Shown here piece after piece: positions 1-12,765 of a DNA stretch of 64,000 nt (position 1 is its first letter; each line of letters begins with the position of its first letter). The stretch comes from Octopus sinensis. Taxonomy: Eukaryota. The translations under genes were made by a program, and so were the position numbers. The stretch spans positions 18,662,001 to 18,726,000 of the forward strand of contig NC_042997.1 of assembly GCF_006345805.1 (NCBI RefSeq), read 5' to 3'. Below the pieces are notes generated by a model that ran no database searches, was not told where the DNA came from, and saw only the letters and a list, made by a program, of their open reading frames with translations.

Positions 1-217
1 GAAACGTTAGCATGCCAGGCGAAATGCTTAGTGGCATTTCATCTGTCTTTATGGTTCTGAGTTTAAATTCCACTGAGGTCGACTTTGCCTTTCATCTTTT
101 GGGGGCGATAAATTAAGTACCAGTTACGCACTGGGGTCGATATAATCGACTTAATCACTTTCTCTGTCCTTGTTTGTCCCCTCTATGTTTAGCCCCTTGT
201 GGGCAATAAAGAAATAA
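1..217 (+). mobile_element. tRNA-derived SINE, family S1 (5' end cut by window edge), tail type A
   Basis: GAAACGTTAGCATGCCAGGCGAAATGCTTAG head, B-box-like GAGTTTAAATTCC, and body/tail shared with the fuller copy at 55907-56132. Confidence 0.8.
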
Positions 218-419
218 GAAACATTAGCATGCCAGGCGAAATGCTTAGTGGCATTTCATCTGTCTTTATGGTTCTGAGTTTAAATTCCACTGAGGTCGAC
301 TTTGCCTTTCATCCTTTAGGAGTTGATAAATTAAGTACCAGTTGTGTACTTGGGTCGATCTAATTGACTGGTCCCTTACCCCAAAATTTTGGGCCTTGTG
401 CTTATAGTAGAAAAGAATA
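218..419 (+). mobile_element. SINE family S1, second tandem unit with a different tail (type B)
   Basis: 218-313 repeats 1-96 with one mismatch; it then continues into the CCCCAAAATTTTGGGCCTTGTG tail also seen near 43400. Confidence 0.8.
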
Positions 420-520
420 CTACCATAACAACCACTACCAGCACCGCAAAAACCAGCAGCAGCAGCACCATCACCACTACCACCACCACCACCACCACCA
501 CCACCACAACCACCACTGTT
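420..520. repeat. (CAC)n/(CAG)n trinucleotide repeat
   Basis: Direct reading; it explains the poly-His/poly-Thr ORFs at 364-765. Confidence 0.9.
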
Positions 521-2307
521 GCTATTTCCTTGCCATTAGTATTTCTTTCCTTTCTCTCTGCTTTCTTTTTCTCCTTGCTTTTCTACATTTTATTCTTTTC
601 TTTTTCCCTTTTTTTTTTGTTTCCCCAGATTCTATCCATAAATTTCATCCCAGCTCCATTCATATTCTATTTGTTCTCCACTTTCTCTCCGCCTTCCTCA
701 TCCCCTTTCTTTTTAATATTTATTATTACTATTTTATTTTCAGCACCTTAAATGGCTACTCTTAAATTTTGATCCACCCTATTCTTTGCCACCCCATTCC
801 ATTTATCTTCTGTCCCCACCTTTTTTCCACCCACCTCTCACTCTCCAGCCTTTATAATTTACTTCTGCAGCATTTCCTTCCTCCCTAATATAGTAGCCTT
901 TATTCCTACAACCTCCCACCTTACACACACTCCATCCTCATCTTTCTATTCAGTCTCATTTACCTGCTACCCCTCTACTCCACTCATCTATTTTCATTCA
1001 TGAAATGAAACCCATGAGGGAAGACTTTACATGGTCGCTTGCCCAGCAGAAATAGCAGCCATATCTCCCTAAAAATCACACTTCAAAACTAACTAACTAA
1101 ATATATAAAAGTAAAGAACACAATCCTAGACCTGAAATAAAGATGGAATGGTCGCAGCTGGAATGCCTTTCCTCACAGGTCTGCTCATTCAGAACCCATC
1201 AGGAGCTACAAAATAACTGCCATTCATCTTCCATCCATCCTTTCTTTACTTCTTTTTTGCCTCCCACTAACAGCTTTCAATTTTAATCATTTTTTAACTA
1301 CATGGAGGGACTCAATATGGTCAATCAACCTGCTAGAAATGCCTACCAAATTTCTTTGAAATCACATTTTGTTGTCTTAAGAATGAAAGAACGCAGGCAT
1401 AATATCATCCTAGGTTCAACATTCCTGAAAAATAGATGGAATAGCCATAGTTGAAATGCCTTTAGTAATATGTCCACCCAATAATCGATGACCAATGGCT
1501 AAACAACAGCTTCATTGTCATCATGCCATCATACTGTCACATCTTCATTATCATCATCCCCACCCATTGGTATTGTGGACACTTCGTTGCTTTCAGCAAT
1601 GAGTATGCAGTTATCTGACCAACTGAATTCCTGCTTCAGACATTAATCTGTAAGTGGCTGTGTATTCCACAGACACATGTACACTCAAGCTAAATCCATA
1701 TACCACAATATGACAAGGACAGGCCTTTGAATGAGAGAAAGAGAGAGAGAGAGCAGTTATGAAAAATATATAGTAAAATCTCTCTCTGAACACACCTTTC
1801 TATCATAAAAAATAAAATAGATACATTGGATCATAGTCTAGAAACAAAAAAGAGTGGATAGACATGCTGCCAACACCATCACCACTGCTGTTGCCACCAT
1901 CATCATCGTCATCATCCACATTACTGACATGAGTTGGATGGCTCAACAGGAACCAGAGTCAGCAGACTGTAACAAGCTCCAGGGTCTACTTTGACAGTTT
2001 CTATGACTGGTGGCTTTTGTGTATTGCCAACCACTTTACATGGTGTACTGGATGCTTTTTGTGGAACAACCACAAATAGGGTTACTATGTAAATCATAAG
2101 ACTAAAAAGAAAACCATAACTGAGTGAAGTGTATTGGAAAAAGAGGCAGCTTTACATCACATGTTGGGAGATTAAATTATGCTGTGGAAGAGATACATGG
2201 TTATCCCATGTTATATGAAGATGGATGAGAGTAACTAGAAAGAGAGCCAAGGATGGTGGTGATGAGGTTCAGGACATATTTTCAAGATACAAGATGTAGA
2301 TGTAGAT

Positions 2308-2705
2308 GTTTCTGTGTTGTAAGATGCTTGCTTCCCAACCACATGGTTCCGGCTTCAGTCTCACTGTTTGGAACCATGGGCACGTGTCTTCTACAATGGT
2401 CTTGGGCCAACCAAAGCCTAGTGAGTGGAGTTGGTAGATGGAAACTGAAAGAAGCCCATCGTATGTATATATATGTGTGTGTGTGTGCCTGTGCTTGACC
2501 CCCTGCCATCGCTTGATAATCAATGCTGGTGTGTTTTTGCTTAGTGGTTCAGTAACTTAGTGGTTAAGCAAAGAGACGGATAGAATAAGTACTAGGCTTA
2601 CAAAGAATAAATCCTGGGGCTGATTTCTTTGACTAAAACCCTTTAAGGCAGTGCTCCAGCATGGCTGCAGTCGAAAATGACTGAAACAAGTTCAAGAATA
2701 AAAGA
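2308..2705 (+). mobile_element. tRNA-derived SINE, family S2
   Basis: Head GCTTGCTTCCCAACCACATGGTTCC, core GGGCACGTGTCTTCTAC...GGAAACTGAAAGAAGCCC, internal (TG)n, tail ...GACTGAAACAAG; many copies in the window. Confidence 0.8.
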
Positions 2706-3175
2706 ATGTTTAAAAGAAAGAATGGGGACAGAAGATTGGGAAGGGTAAGTGGATAAAGCTCACAAGAGTGTCAGAGGAGATTGATGGCTGATAAGAGATG
2801 AATGAAAGGTATGTATGAAAGGTATGTAAAATATGTTTATCACCTTGGATTAAAAAAAATATGACAATTTCTTGGAAGATACCAAAAAAATTTTAAAAAG
2901 CATTTTCCTTATATTTAGAATTTCTCATATACACAATCAAAGTTTGCTTTCAGCCAAGCTGAAGAATTAAAATATATACAATCAAAGTTTACTTCCAGCT
3001 CAGCCAAAAGCTGAATAATTGCATAATTGGAGATTGTTTATAGCCCAGCAGTGAACTTAGTGCATGCACAATTGGAGCTTGCTTCCAGGCAAACCAGCAG
3101 TACAAAGCTAGGCTACAACCACCTAACTCATGTCTTAGCATTCAGATACTGATTAATAATCAATCTATAAACATA

Positions 3176-3480
3176 TTGTTACCTCTGCCTTCACAAAGGC
3201 GGAGGTATTGTTTTCAGTCATGTTTGTTTCTCTGTTTGCCAGTGGACAAGATATCTCAAGAACCACTGGATGGATTGGAATGAAACTTTCAAGGATGTTT
3301 GACCTTGTGACTGGAATGGACTTAATAGATTTTGGGATTGATCTGGTACCGGACAAGGATTTTGGATTATTTTTTCCTGTTAGGTTTGTTTTTAGTATTC
3401 TCGTTTGTGGGAGCAGTTGAATTTATTTAAGATATTCTCATTTTAAAAATCATCTCTGGCTAATCGTTGACTGTCTTTAT
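3176..3480 (+). mobile_element. Possible Helentron-type non-autonomous element
   Basis: Starts with hairpin ACCTCTGCC-TTCACAA-AGGCGGAGGT after TT, followed by a GTTTGTTT-rich segment, as in HINE/DINE-like elements; 3' end not resolved. Confidence 0.35.
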
Positions 3481-4880
3481 GTTTTGAGTTCAAATTATGC
3501 TGTAGTCAACTTTACCTTTCATTCTTTTGGAGTCAATGAAATAAATAGTAGTCAAGCACTGGGTCAATGTCATCCACTTACCCCATCTGCTAAAATTACT
3601 AGCTTTGTGTGAAAACGTGAAACTAATATATAAAATTACTTTATTGGTATTCATCATTGACCACACCTCTACTTGTGTGTCCCATTCACTATCCCCATCT
3701 CTAACCATCTGTCAGACTCTTGTGAACTTACCTATCCATCCACTAACCCTTTTTGATCCTATATATTTATCCTTTCTTTTATATTCACCTCACAACTTGA
3801 GGGTATGCTTTTTACCATCTTTTGCTTTCTTTCAAATTGGGGAAGCCATGCATTTCCTCTTCAGCAAGACACTTGTTACCTGCTCAATACTACACCTCCA
3901 CTCAGTGAAAGGGGATTCGTTTTGTGAGTTGCTTAGTAACCTCACTAGTGCTTGCATGATAAAAAAAAAAAAAAAAGAAAAGCAAGCAACATTCAATACA
4001 CTCTTTAAAATGGCTGGCATTAAGAAGGGTGTCCAACCATAGAAACCATGCGAAAGCTGACACCGGAGCTTGTTGCAGTTGGTTCCTGTTGGACGACCCA
4101 ACTCATGCCAGCATTAAATGATGACGGTGAGGACAATGATGATGGCGATGTAATTAAAGTTATTGGTTTGTTTCATGAGTGATTTCTAAATAAGTGTCTA
4201 AAATTACTTCAATCCTTTTAGCTAATTCTGACTGCAAAACTTTAAGATGATTATAAGTTTTTTTCTATAGTTAGTTAAATCCCATTTAGCTTACATTTTT
4301 TAAGGGGAAAAATAATATAACTGATACAAGATGCCAATTCAAAATTAAAATATTTGAAAGTAAACAAAGGATATACAAGAAAGTGCGAATTTAAGAATCT
4401 TGCAAGTAGTTATGTGGAAATGTCTCTCTAAAAAGAAACTGCATTGTTAGCTATGTTGGTTATTTTCAGAAGAAAATCTGGTATGAAGCTCTATAAATAA
4501 GGATATAATGATCTAAATAACCAGCATACAACAATCACTCATGGAAAGACAGTTATTCAGTTACAAACATATGCTAATTTTAAACAATTTTGATAAAAGG
4601 TAGCATCAATTTAGTGCTAGACAAGTAGAAGTTACTTGTATTAATAGACAGAAGGATGTTTAGTAAAACAGAGATAATTTTAAAAGACTAAATAGAATAA
4701 CTTTATTTTTGGACATGTAAGAATTGATTATCATAGTTTTGATGAAAGTGAGTTATCCAAAAGCAGGAGTATCTCTTAAATTAGCCAGCACTCTTGATGA
4801 GTTTGTGTGAGTGTGTGTGCATGTGTGTGTGTGTGTGTGTGCATGTTGTGTGTATGCATATATATATATATATATATATA

Positions 4881-5092
4881 CTGTTGTGTCTGGGGAGAGT
4901 CATTCTCTTTTGGTGCCTTATAATTTAACACACTCACTGGTAAAATTTCCACTTATTTCTTTTTTTATTTTAAAAAAATTTTTGTTGCGTCCTGCAACCT
5001 TTTCAATAGTTTTCAAAACTATGGAAATTTTACCAGTGAGTGTGTTAAATTATAAGGCACCAAAAGAGAATGACTCTCCCCAGACACAATAG
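4881..5092. mobile_element. Fold-back MITE with ~70-bp terminal inverted repeats
   Basis: 4881-4951 (CTGTTGTGTCTGGGGAGAGTCATTCTC...) is the near-perfect reverse complement of 5020-5092; left end abuts (TA)n. Confidence 0.85.
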
Positions 5093-5166
5093 AATATGCT
5101 TCAACACACAAGCTCATATAAAGAATCTTGCAAACCAAATCCCAAAACGAAATATATATATATATA

Positions 5167-6410
5167 GCGGCTGCTTTCTTGTATACAAGCAAATCCACTG
5201 CTAGAAAGAATCAATGAAATGAGTCAATGATAATGCAATATGAGGGCCTTATATGACTCTTGAAACCTGCCAAAGATTTGCACATTTTATTGCATAAAGC
5301 ACAGTTGTGTTGGTTGACAGAAGGATTAGGTGTCACAGTATGAAGTATTTTGACATGTCTTTTCAATCCTCCAGCTGAACTGCATACCTTTCCACAGGCT
5401 GCACATGTTCTGTTGTGAACATTTGCCATATCATAATTTACAAGGTGTGACCTCTCTGATGGCTGACCAGGCCTGCATGGCTCAAGCGTTTCCTCCTACA
5501 AATCAAACATGTTAAAAAACAACACTCCTTCATTTTCTATTGGTTCATTCTTTCTAAGCCTTCTTTTGATCTTCTCATGCTCCATTCTCTCTCTTTCAAA
5601 CTTCCAACAACCATTGTGCACACTTTTCCTCGATCCATTTTGGTCTTTTGCCAGTCTCTCCTAATTAACAACTGAAATTCCTGTCTGTGTTAAAGCAATT
5701 GTAAGGTAGTCTTTGAACCTCATTTTGGGTTTATGTCCTGGCCATTTACAATCTTCCACCTCATCATATAAAAGTTGCTTTGGAAGTCTTTTATCATTGA
5801 TTCTCTCCAGATGTCCACCCCACCATAAACGGCTTTGCAGAATGATCGATTTCACACTCCTACTACAACTCTCAAGTACCTCTGCATCACTGATCACTAT
5901 TATCCAATTTATCCCAAGAATTTTCCGAAGATAATATTGATGGAATGGTTCCAAATGCTTCAAAATGCTTATGATATACAACCCATGATGGCACAGCACA
6001 TGTGTTATAAACCCTAATTTTAGTTTGGATAGATTTACTATGGCAAGACGAGAGACATTTGTCAAGCCTACGAAAGGCATTACTAGCTTTGCTGGTTCTA
6101 TACGAAATTTCATTATCAAGAGAGTAATTCCTTAATATATGAATTTGGTAACAACTTCTAACCTTCGTCCATAGGCAGTCACAGAAGCCTCCACATAAAG
6201 CTTAGAGAAAACAGTTGGTACATCAGAACAGTTTCTTCAAATTTATTGTAAGGCCCAGTGCTGTACATCCTGCAGAAATCAGATTCGTCAGTTTTTGCTA
6301 ATTTCCTGGAAATGTGCTTACAGGTCAAAAACATTTGCATATAAGAACTTTCTTTTTGGCGCAGTCTTTTGAGATTCAAAAGTTTTCTTGGTGTCATGTA
6401 TGGACTCCTT
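5167..6410 (-). mobile_element. RTE-clade (BovB-like) LINE, 5'-truncated and frameshifted, with C-terminal C2H2 zinc fingers
   Basis: FHQYYLRKILGINW, RLWWGGHLERINDKRLPKQLLY and GHKPKMRFKD match the RTE post-RT C-terminal region; downstream CxxC-x12-HxxxH motifs; (TA)n at the 3' end. Confidence 0.88.
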
Positions 6411-6519
6411 CAGCACAATCTTCGAAGGCTATACGTATTTACACACACACATTTATAGAAAAAAATTGATAAGCACTTATATATCACATTAAATCATTTA
6501 TAAACGATGGTAGTTACAA

Positions 6520-6816
6520 AAACATCCTATTCGCCGGACATTGCTCCATCTGATTATCCTTTATTCCACAGACTTCATTTGGACAGAAAAAGTATTAATT
6601 CTGTAGGTAAGGTTAAAACAGTACTGAAGGAGTATTTTTCATCATAGACAAGTGAATTTTGGAACAGGAGCCTTGCAAGTCTACCAAACAGATGGAAGAG
6701 CATTGTAGAAAATGAAGGAGAGTATATTTTAGATTAAAAATGAACTTCGTTTATCTAAATTTTGAAAAATAAAAGAAGTATAAAATAAAAACACATTATT
6801 TATGGAATGACCCAGT
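6520..6816 (+). mobile_element. mariner transposon 3' fragment
   Basis: From 6528: YSPDIAPSDYPLF...EFWNRSLASLPNRWKSIVENEGEYILD* (one internal stop), then a TIR-like CATTATTTATGGAATGACCCAGTA. Confidence 0.85.
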
Positions 6817-7390
6817 ACAAGTGTCAATGAACTCCAATAGGTAATAATGTTTAATAGATTGTATTTGAGATTACAAAAGGCATCAAGAAAGAAATATATG
6901 TGTATTGTGCAAGCATGTATATGCACAAAACATGACAGGCAATTGTAAGCTGATTTATATTTTAACATGATACATCTCTTGCAAATAGGTAGATGACAAC
7001 TTGAGATGACAATAGAAACTAAGAGTAAAACCATGTCTAATGATGTCATAGTTAAATAGTTTGTTGTTCCACTTGAGATGAGAAGGAACTGTTCTGATAT
7101 AGTATAAATTTTTGAGCTTATCATTTGAGAACATACTAGTTGTGATAGTTGTTTTGTAGGAGATGATGAAATAATGAAAGTGTTTTCAAATTCAAGAGCT
7201 CCTATAAATTTTTGGAAGGGTGTTAGTTCTGAATAAAAAGGAAAAAAAAACTTTAGTGGGGATAATCTGTTATAGATTGAGAATAGAAATGCAGATAATG
7301 TAAAATGACCACAGTCAAGAATATCAAAGTGCAATAGCTCTGGCAGCAGTGAGACAACTCTAGTCTGAGATGGAAATGTTAAGGCATCTA

Positions 7391-8278
7391 TAAGGGGGTG
7401 CCCAAAAGTAGCCAGAAACTTCTTTGTGGGACAAGTCCATTGTAGTTCATGCTTCCATCACGAGAACCATTTGATGTGACCCTCAGGCATCAGTCTGTCA
7501 ACTAGCATCATCCAGTGAAGTCGTACTGCCAAGTTGTGATGCTTTGTTTTTGCACTGTTTCTCCCTTGTTCGTTGATTTTTGCAATGGCTGAAACAAAGG
7601 AATAACATGCTTTCATGAAATTCTGCTTTTCGCCTGGGAAAATGGCAGTCGAAATAGTTGTTTTGCTCATGCTGCCATGAGCAAAACAAAAGTTTACAAG
7701 TGTGTCCCTGCTTTTGGAATAGTCATTTATTGCTTGAAGACCAACCTCGTTCAGGATGACCATCGACCTTCTGAATGAATGAAAACATCACGAAAATTCA
7801 TGAACTAATCTTGGAGGATCATCATCAAACAATTGATGAACCCGTTGATATGACTGGTGTGTTCTGGAGCTCCTGCCAATGAATTTTGAGCAAGGAATTG
7901 TGAATGAAAAGAGTTGCAGCAAAATTTGTGCCTCGTTTGCTCATGGGAGATCAAAAACCGTCATGACTGAATGCACATTGTAAACTGAAAGAACAGCTGA
8001 TAGTTGATCTGGACCATTTTTTAAAGGTCATTACTGGTGACAAAAGCTGGTGCTACAGAATTTGGAGGTGTAGAAGAGGTAAAGAAAAAATGATGGAGGC
8101 ATTAAAAGGCATCACTTTGCATGAGTTTCAGCACTGCTTTGAATAGTGGAAACTGTGCCTGGACTGATACATTGCTTCAAATGGAAAATATTTTGAAGGC
8201 GATAAAAGTGTAAACGTAAAACTAAGTGAATAAAATAATATTGTCAAATTTCCGGTTTCTTTTGGGTACTCCCTCGTA
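7391..8278 (+). mobile_element. Internally deleted mariner transposon with both TIRs
   Basis: TIR TAAGGGGGTGCCCAAAAGTAGCCAGAA matches reverse complement of TTCCGGTTTCTTTTGGGTACTCCCTCGTA, TA at both flanks; decayed motifs KFCFRLG, VAAKFVPRLL, KVITGDKSWCY, GKYFEGD. Confidence 0.88.
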
Positions 8279-8644
8279 TAAGGTGTGGGTGGTTCAAAAT
8301 AGCTAGTTTCTTTCCTGTGTTGGTTTCTGGTTTCAAAACACTAATTATTTGGTCAAAAGTCATTTAGCAAAATGTCTTGCCACTAAAGGTAGTGGTAAAT
8401 ATACTTAAAAATTAGAACTTTTTTTTATCTCAATGAGCTTGGGCAAGTGTCTTCTATTTGAACCTTGGGTTGCACTAGACCTTATGAATGGAATTTGAGT
8501 ACAGAAACTTCACTGAGTCTTTGGCAAGGATTGAAAATCCCTTAGGGAGGTTCATTAGTTTTTCAGTTTATAGAAAACTAGATAAATTTGATATGTTTAT
8601 ACGTCTTCTAAGTTTACATATATTGTATCATACTTTGATACTAT

Positions 8645-8830
8645 GTTGAGGGAATTCACAAAAAAAAAACAAAAGACGAAGACAGGTGGTGTAGATAACA
8701 AACAGATGTATTAGTATAATGCCCAGGAAGTGAAAAAGTCTTTAATGTTTCGAGCCTACACTCTTCCACAGAAAGGAATACAGAAAGGAAAGAAAATAAA
8801 GAATGTGTAGTGGCTAGCGATCTATTATGG
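8645..8830 (-). mobile_element. PLE terminal-repeat (pLTR) fragment with degenerate hammerhead-like motif at 8740-8775
   Basis: Minus strand: CTTT-CTGTGGA-A-GAG-TGTAGG-CTC-GAAA-CAT-TA-AAG. Confidence 0.5.
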
Positions 8831-9769
8831 AGAATACTATGTGGTCTGTTGAGTACTTATAGTATGCAAATAAGGAGCTCAAGTTCCCTGGAGCTACTAA
8901 ATTTGATATGCATATAATCAGATTGGCTTCTTGTTTTTCTGGGATTGGTCAAGGAATATAAACACTGCTGATGAGACCCCTCCCTCCACCTCTAAGGTTA
9001 AAAAATTAAGGCTGCTCATAAGTTTTCAATTTAAAGAAAAATAAGTAAATTTGACATCTACTACATAGGATTAGATCCCCTGTTGACAGGATTCTAATAC
9101 TAAAAAAAGTTTTAAACACTTATAACATTCAAATTAGTAGCTCCAGAGAAGTAGAGCTATTAGATTTGATGTGCATATAAATAGATTGTCTTTTTGTTTC
9201 TCTGAGATTAACCAAAGTGTACAGACACCTCTGATGGAGCTTCAAGAAGGACTGAAAATTGATTAAAGTTGTTCCTTGTTTTTTTTTTCCAATCTACAAT
9301 GAAATAGATAAATTTGACATGTTTCTATATCTACTTTGTATGTCTGTGTTGTCGTTTCTGTATCTCTGTTTCAAATCCAGTCTTTTGTGTCCTCATATGC
9401 CTTATAATTTAGTGATTTGACACACAGAGATTGATGAAGTAAGTACTAGGAGTGATATGGTCAACAAAATTCTCAAAAATACAGTGATCCAACAAAGCAG
9501 TACAGAAAGATATAATAGGTTTCCATATGAAATTCCAGTAACCAAACACTGGTGAAAAGATTCTTGCTCAAATGCTGTGATATGGGATGTTACCTAAATC
9601 AGCATGGATGCAAAGCAGACAGAGTTTTGTTTGTTTTCTCTAACTCCCAGCTCACTGCCAGTTTCCACTTGTCTCATCATTCTTGTTCATATCTCTTGTT
9701 TTGTCATAACATTTAGAATTGTGCATGTATATATATATATATATATATATATCTCATTCTCATTTATCT

Positions 9770-10134
9770 CATTTATTTGTTTCAGTCATCTGACTGTGGT
9801 CATGCTGGAGCACCGCCTTTAGTCGAGCAAATCAACCCTAGGACTTATTCTTTGTAAGCCTAGTACTTATTCTATCAGTCTCTTTTGCCGAACCGCTAAG
9901 TTTCAGGGACGTAAACACACCAGCATCGGTTGTCAAACGATGATAGGGGGGGGGGGACAAACACATATATACGACAGGCTTCTTTCAGTTTCCGTCTACC
10001 AAATCCACTCACAAGGCTTTGGTCGGCCCGAGGCTATAGTAGAAGACACTTGCCCAAGGTGCCACGCAGTGGGACTGAACCCGGAACCATGTGGTTCGTA
10101 AGCAAGCTACTTACCACAGAGCCACTCCTACGCC
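9770..10134 (-). mobile_element. SINE family S2, young copy
   Basis: Minus-strand head GGCGTAGGAGTGGCTCTGTGGTAAGTAGC with B-box GGTTCAGTCCC; CpGs retained. Confidence 0.88.
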
Positions 10135-10147
10135 TATCTCTTTTTTT

Positions 10148-10544
10148 CTCTCTTTTACTTGTTTCAGTCATTTGACTGCGGCCATGCTGGAGCACCGCCT
10201 TTAATCGAGCAACTCGAACTCAGGACTTATTCTTTGTAAGCCCAGTACTTATTCTATCGGTCTCTTTTTTGCCGAACCGCTAAGTGACGGGGACGTAAAC
10301 ACACCAGCATCGGTTGTCAAGCAATGCTAGGGGAACAAACACAGACACACAAACAAACACATATATATATATACATATATACGACAGGCTTCTTTCAGTT
10401 TCCGTCTACCAAATCCACTCACAAGGCATTGGTCGGCCCGGGGCTATAGCAGAAAACACTTGCCTAAGATGCCACGCAGTGGGACTGAACCCGGAACCAT
10501 GTAGTTGGTTAGCAAGCTACTTACCACACAGCCACTCCTGCGCC
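10148..10544 (-). mobile_element. SINE family S2, second tandem copy
   Basis: Same head, core and tail directly adjacent to the 9770-10134 copy, with independent substitutions. Confidence 0.88.
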
Positions 10545-10825
10545 AATATATATATATATATATATAATTTCAACAATTGAGGGTAAAATTAATTAATTAA
10601 TTAATCAATTTCACCAAGTATTCAGTATGCAAAGGGACCATTTAAGGCAAATTCAAATTATTACATTATATAAAAGGGCTTAGTAAAATAAATTACTTTG
10701 CCGCATACTGAACTCGTTAGAAATAGCAGCTAAAAAAACTATTTCTAACACTTAAAGAAAACCTCTCTCATATAGTGTTTGCTCAATTCAACTCAAGAAA
10801 GTATGAGGGTAGAGACATTAAAAAA

Positions 10826-10839
10826 TCAAATGCAAATAT

Positions 10840-10897
<58 letters not shown>

Positions 10898-10908
10898 ATA
10901 TATGCATG

Positions 10909-10995
<87 letters not shown>

Positions 10996-11005
10996 ATATA
11001 TAATA
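10826..11005. repeat. (TA)n/(TATG)n microsatellite
   Basis: Direct reading. Confidence 0.95.
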
Positions 11006-11266
11006 TAATAAAAACTGCTATGGCTGAATTGATATTTATTCATTCCTTTTGTGTATTTCTTTGCACAACCAGCTCATTTTCTTTTCCACCCATTTCCACT
11101 TCTTATTGTCACCATTCCTATTCTCCCCCTCCTCTCTTTATTCTTATTTTTATATCTTAATGCTTAAAACAAACCGCTTTTCTCACTCTGCTTATCGGTG
11201 ATTATTTTTGTTATTATTTTACGAACGTTGTTAATTTTGTTAATATATTAAAGATCATCAAAACAT

Positions 11267-11384
11267 TGCCACTGCTGCCAAAACCACTACCACCACCACC
11301 ACCACAACTACTACTACCACCACGACTACCTCTATCACCACCACCACCACCACCACTGCTGTCACTACTGCTACTGCCACCGCC

Positions 11385-11418
<34 letters not shown>

Positions 11419-11437
11419 TGCTTCTACTACTATGCTT

Positions 11438-11479
<42 letters not shown>

Positions 11480-11512
11480 TGCTTCTACTACTACTACTAC
11501 TACTACTACTAC
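11267..11512. repeat. Compound (CCA)n/(CTA)n trinucleotide repeat
   Basis: Direct reading; source of the Pro/Leu/Thr-run ORF at 11266. Confidence 0.9.
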
Positions 11513-12059
11513 TTTTTGTTAAGCACATAGCATCTGAACATCAACTATTTCATATTTCCCCCTCTCTATCAGCGAAATAAATGGTAAAAATAAAATAAAA
11601 ATAAAACAAAAAACAAAACTAAAATACTAACAAAATAAAAGGTCAGATTATGATACGACAAGATATTTTCTCTCAACGAACTTCTAGTAATGTCTTTTAT
11701 TTCAAATGAGAAAGCTACTTCCGGGATGCTGTGAAAAGAACGAAAATGCAAAGTTTTGTCTCTAATTGCATAGAATAAACAAATAGACCAGTAAACAAAC
11801 AAATAAACAAAAAAAAAAAAAAAAACTGATGTGACAAAAACCCATAGTAATGGCATTACTAAGCAGTTTTCTTTATCATCGCGTTTCAATGAATCCACCG
11901 ATTGTTAATAGTGTGAATGAGAAAATATAGCTTTCTTAATCAGATAATTTAGACATAGCAAGCAAACGGACAGTATGTGTTATCCACACACATACAAACA
12001 GACCTACCCTGCACTCTCCACTCATACCTCCACCCCAAAACACAAACACGTATGTGTAT

Positions 12060-12060
12060 C

Positions 12061-12102
<42 letters not shown>

Positions 12103-12129
12103 ATATATATATGTGTGTGTATGTGTTTG

Positions 12130-12179
<50 letters not shown>

Positions 12180-12322
12180 TATACATATATACACACACAC
12201 AAACACACTCACATACATACACATATAGATGTACACACATAATATATACATACATATATACATATATATATACATATATGTATATGCATATGCATATATA
12301 CATCTATATTATATATATATAT

Positions 12323-12361
<39 letters not shown>

Positions 12362-12577
12362 TTCGCTATATATACATATACATATATATATAATATATAT
12401 ATATTATATGTAAATAAATACATATATACAACATACATGCACATATATGCATGTAAACATGCATATATCTATATGTGTATATATATGCTGCATATATAGT
12501 ATATATATATATATATACAACAGTATGTATGCATATTCATACATATACATATATTTATATATATACATATATATATG

Positions 12578-12620
<43 letters not shown>

Positions 12621-12765
12621 TATATATATATATTATATATATATATATATATATAATTATATATTATATACATACATACATAATATATATATATACACAC
12701 ACACAAACACACACACATGTTCACACACACATGTTCACACACACATGTTCACACACACACACATC
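12060..12765. repeat. Compound (TA)n/(CA)n/(TACA)n microsatellite
   Basis: Direct reading. Confidence 0.95.

Noticed and set aside
364-765. Poly-His/poly-Thr ORFs
   Set aside because: Translation of (CAC)n plus a pyrimidine tract; no protein signal.
1611-1724. Minus-strand peptide ACPCHIVVYG...RLMSEAGIQLVR* with faint resemblance to a deaminase C-terminus
   Set aside because: Similarity is impressionistic; no HxE or PCxxC exon was found upstream.
6729-7334. 201-aa ORF, the longest in the track
   Set aside because: Its 3' end runs through a mariner TIR on the opposite strand and no motif is recognisable. A good acceptor exists near 7232, but it is unsupported.
10590-10720. Minus-strand CTAACGA...GAAA with GTTCAGTATGC/GCATACTGAAT helix, hammerhead-like
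   Set aside because: G5 is altered, seven unpaired bases precede GAAA, and stems I and III are unconvincing.
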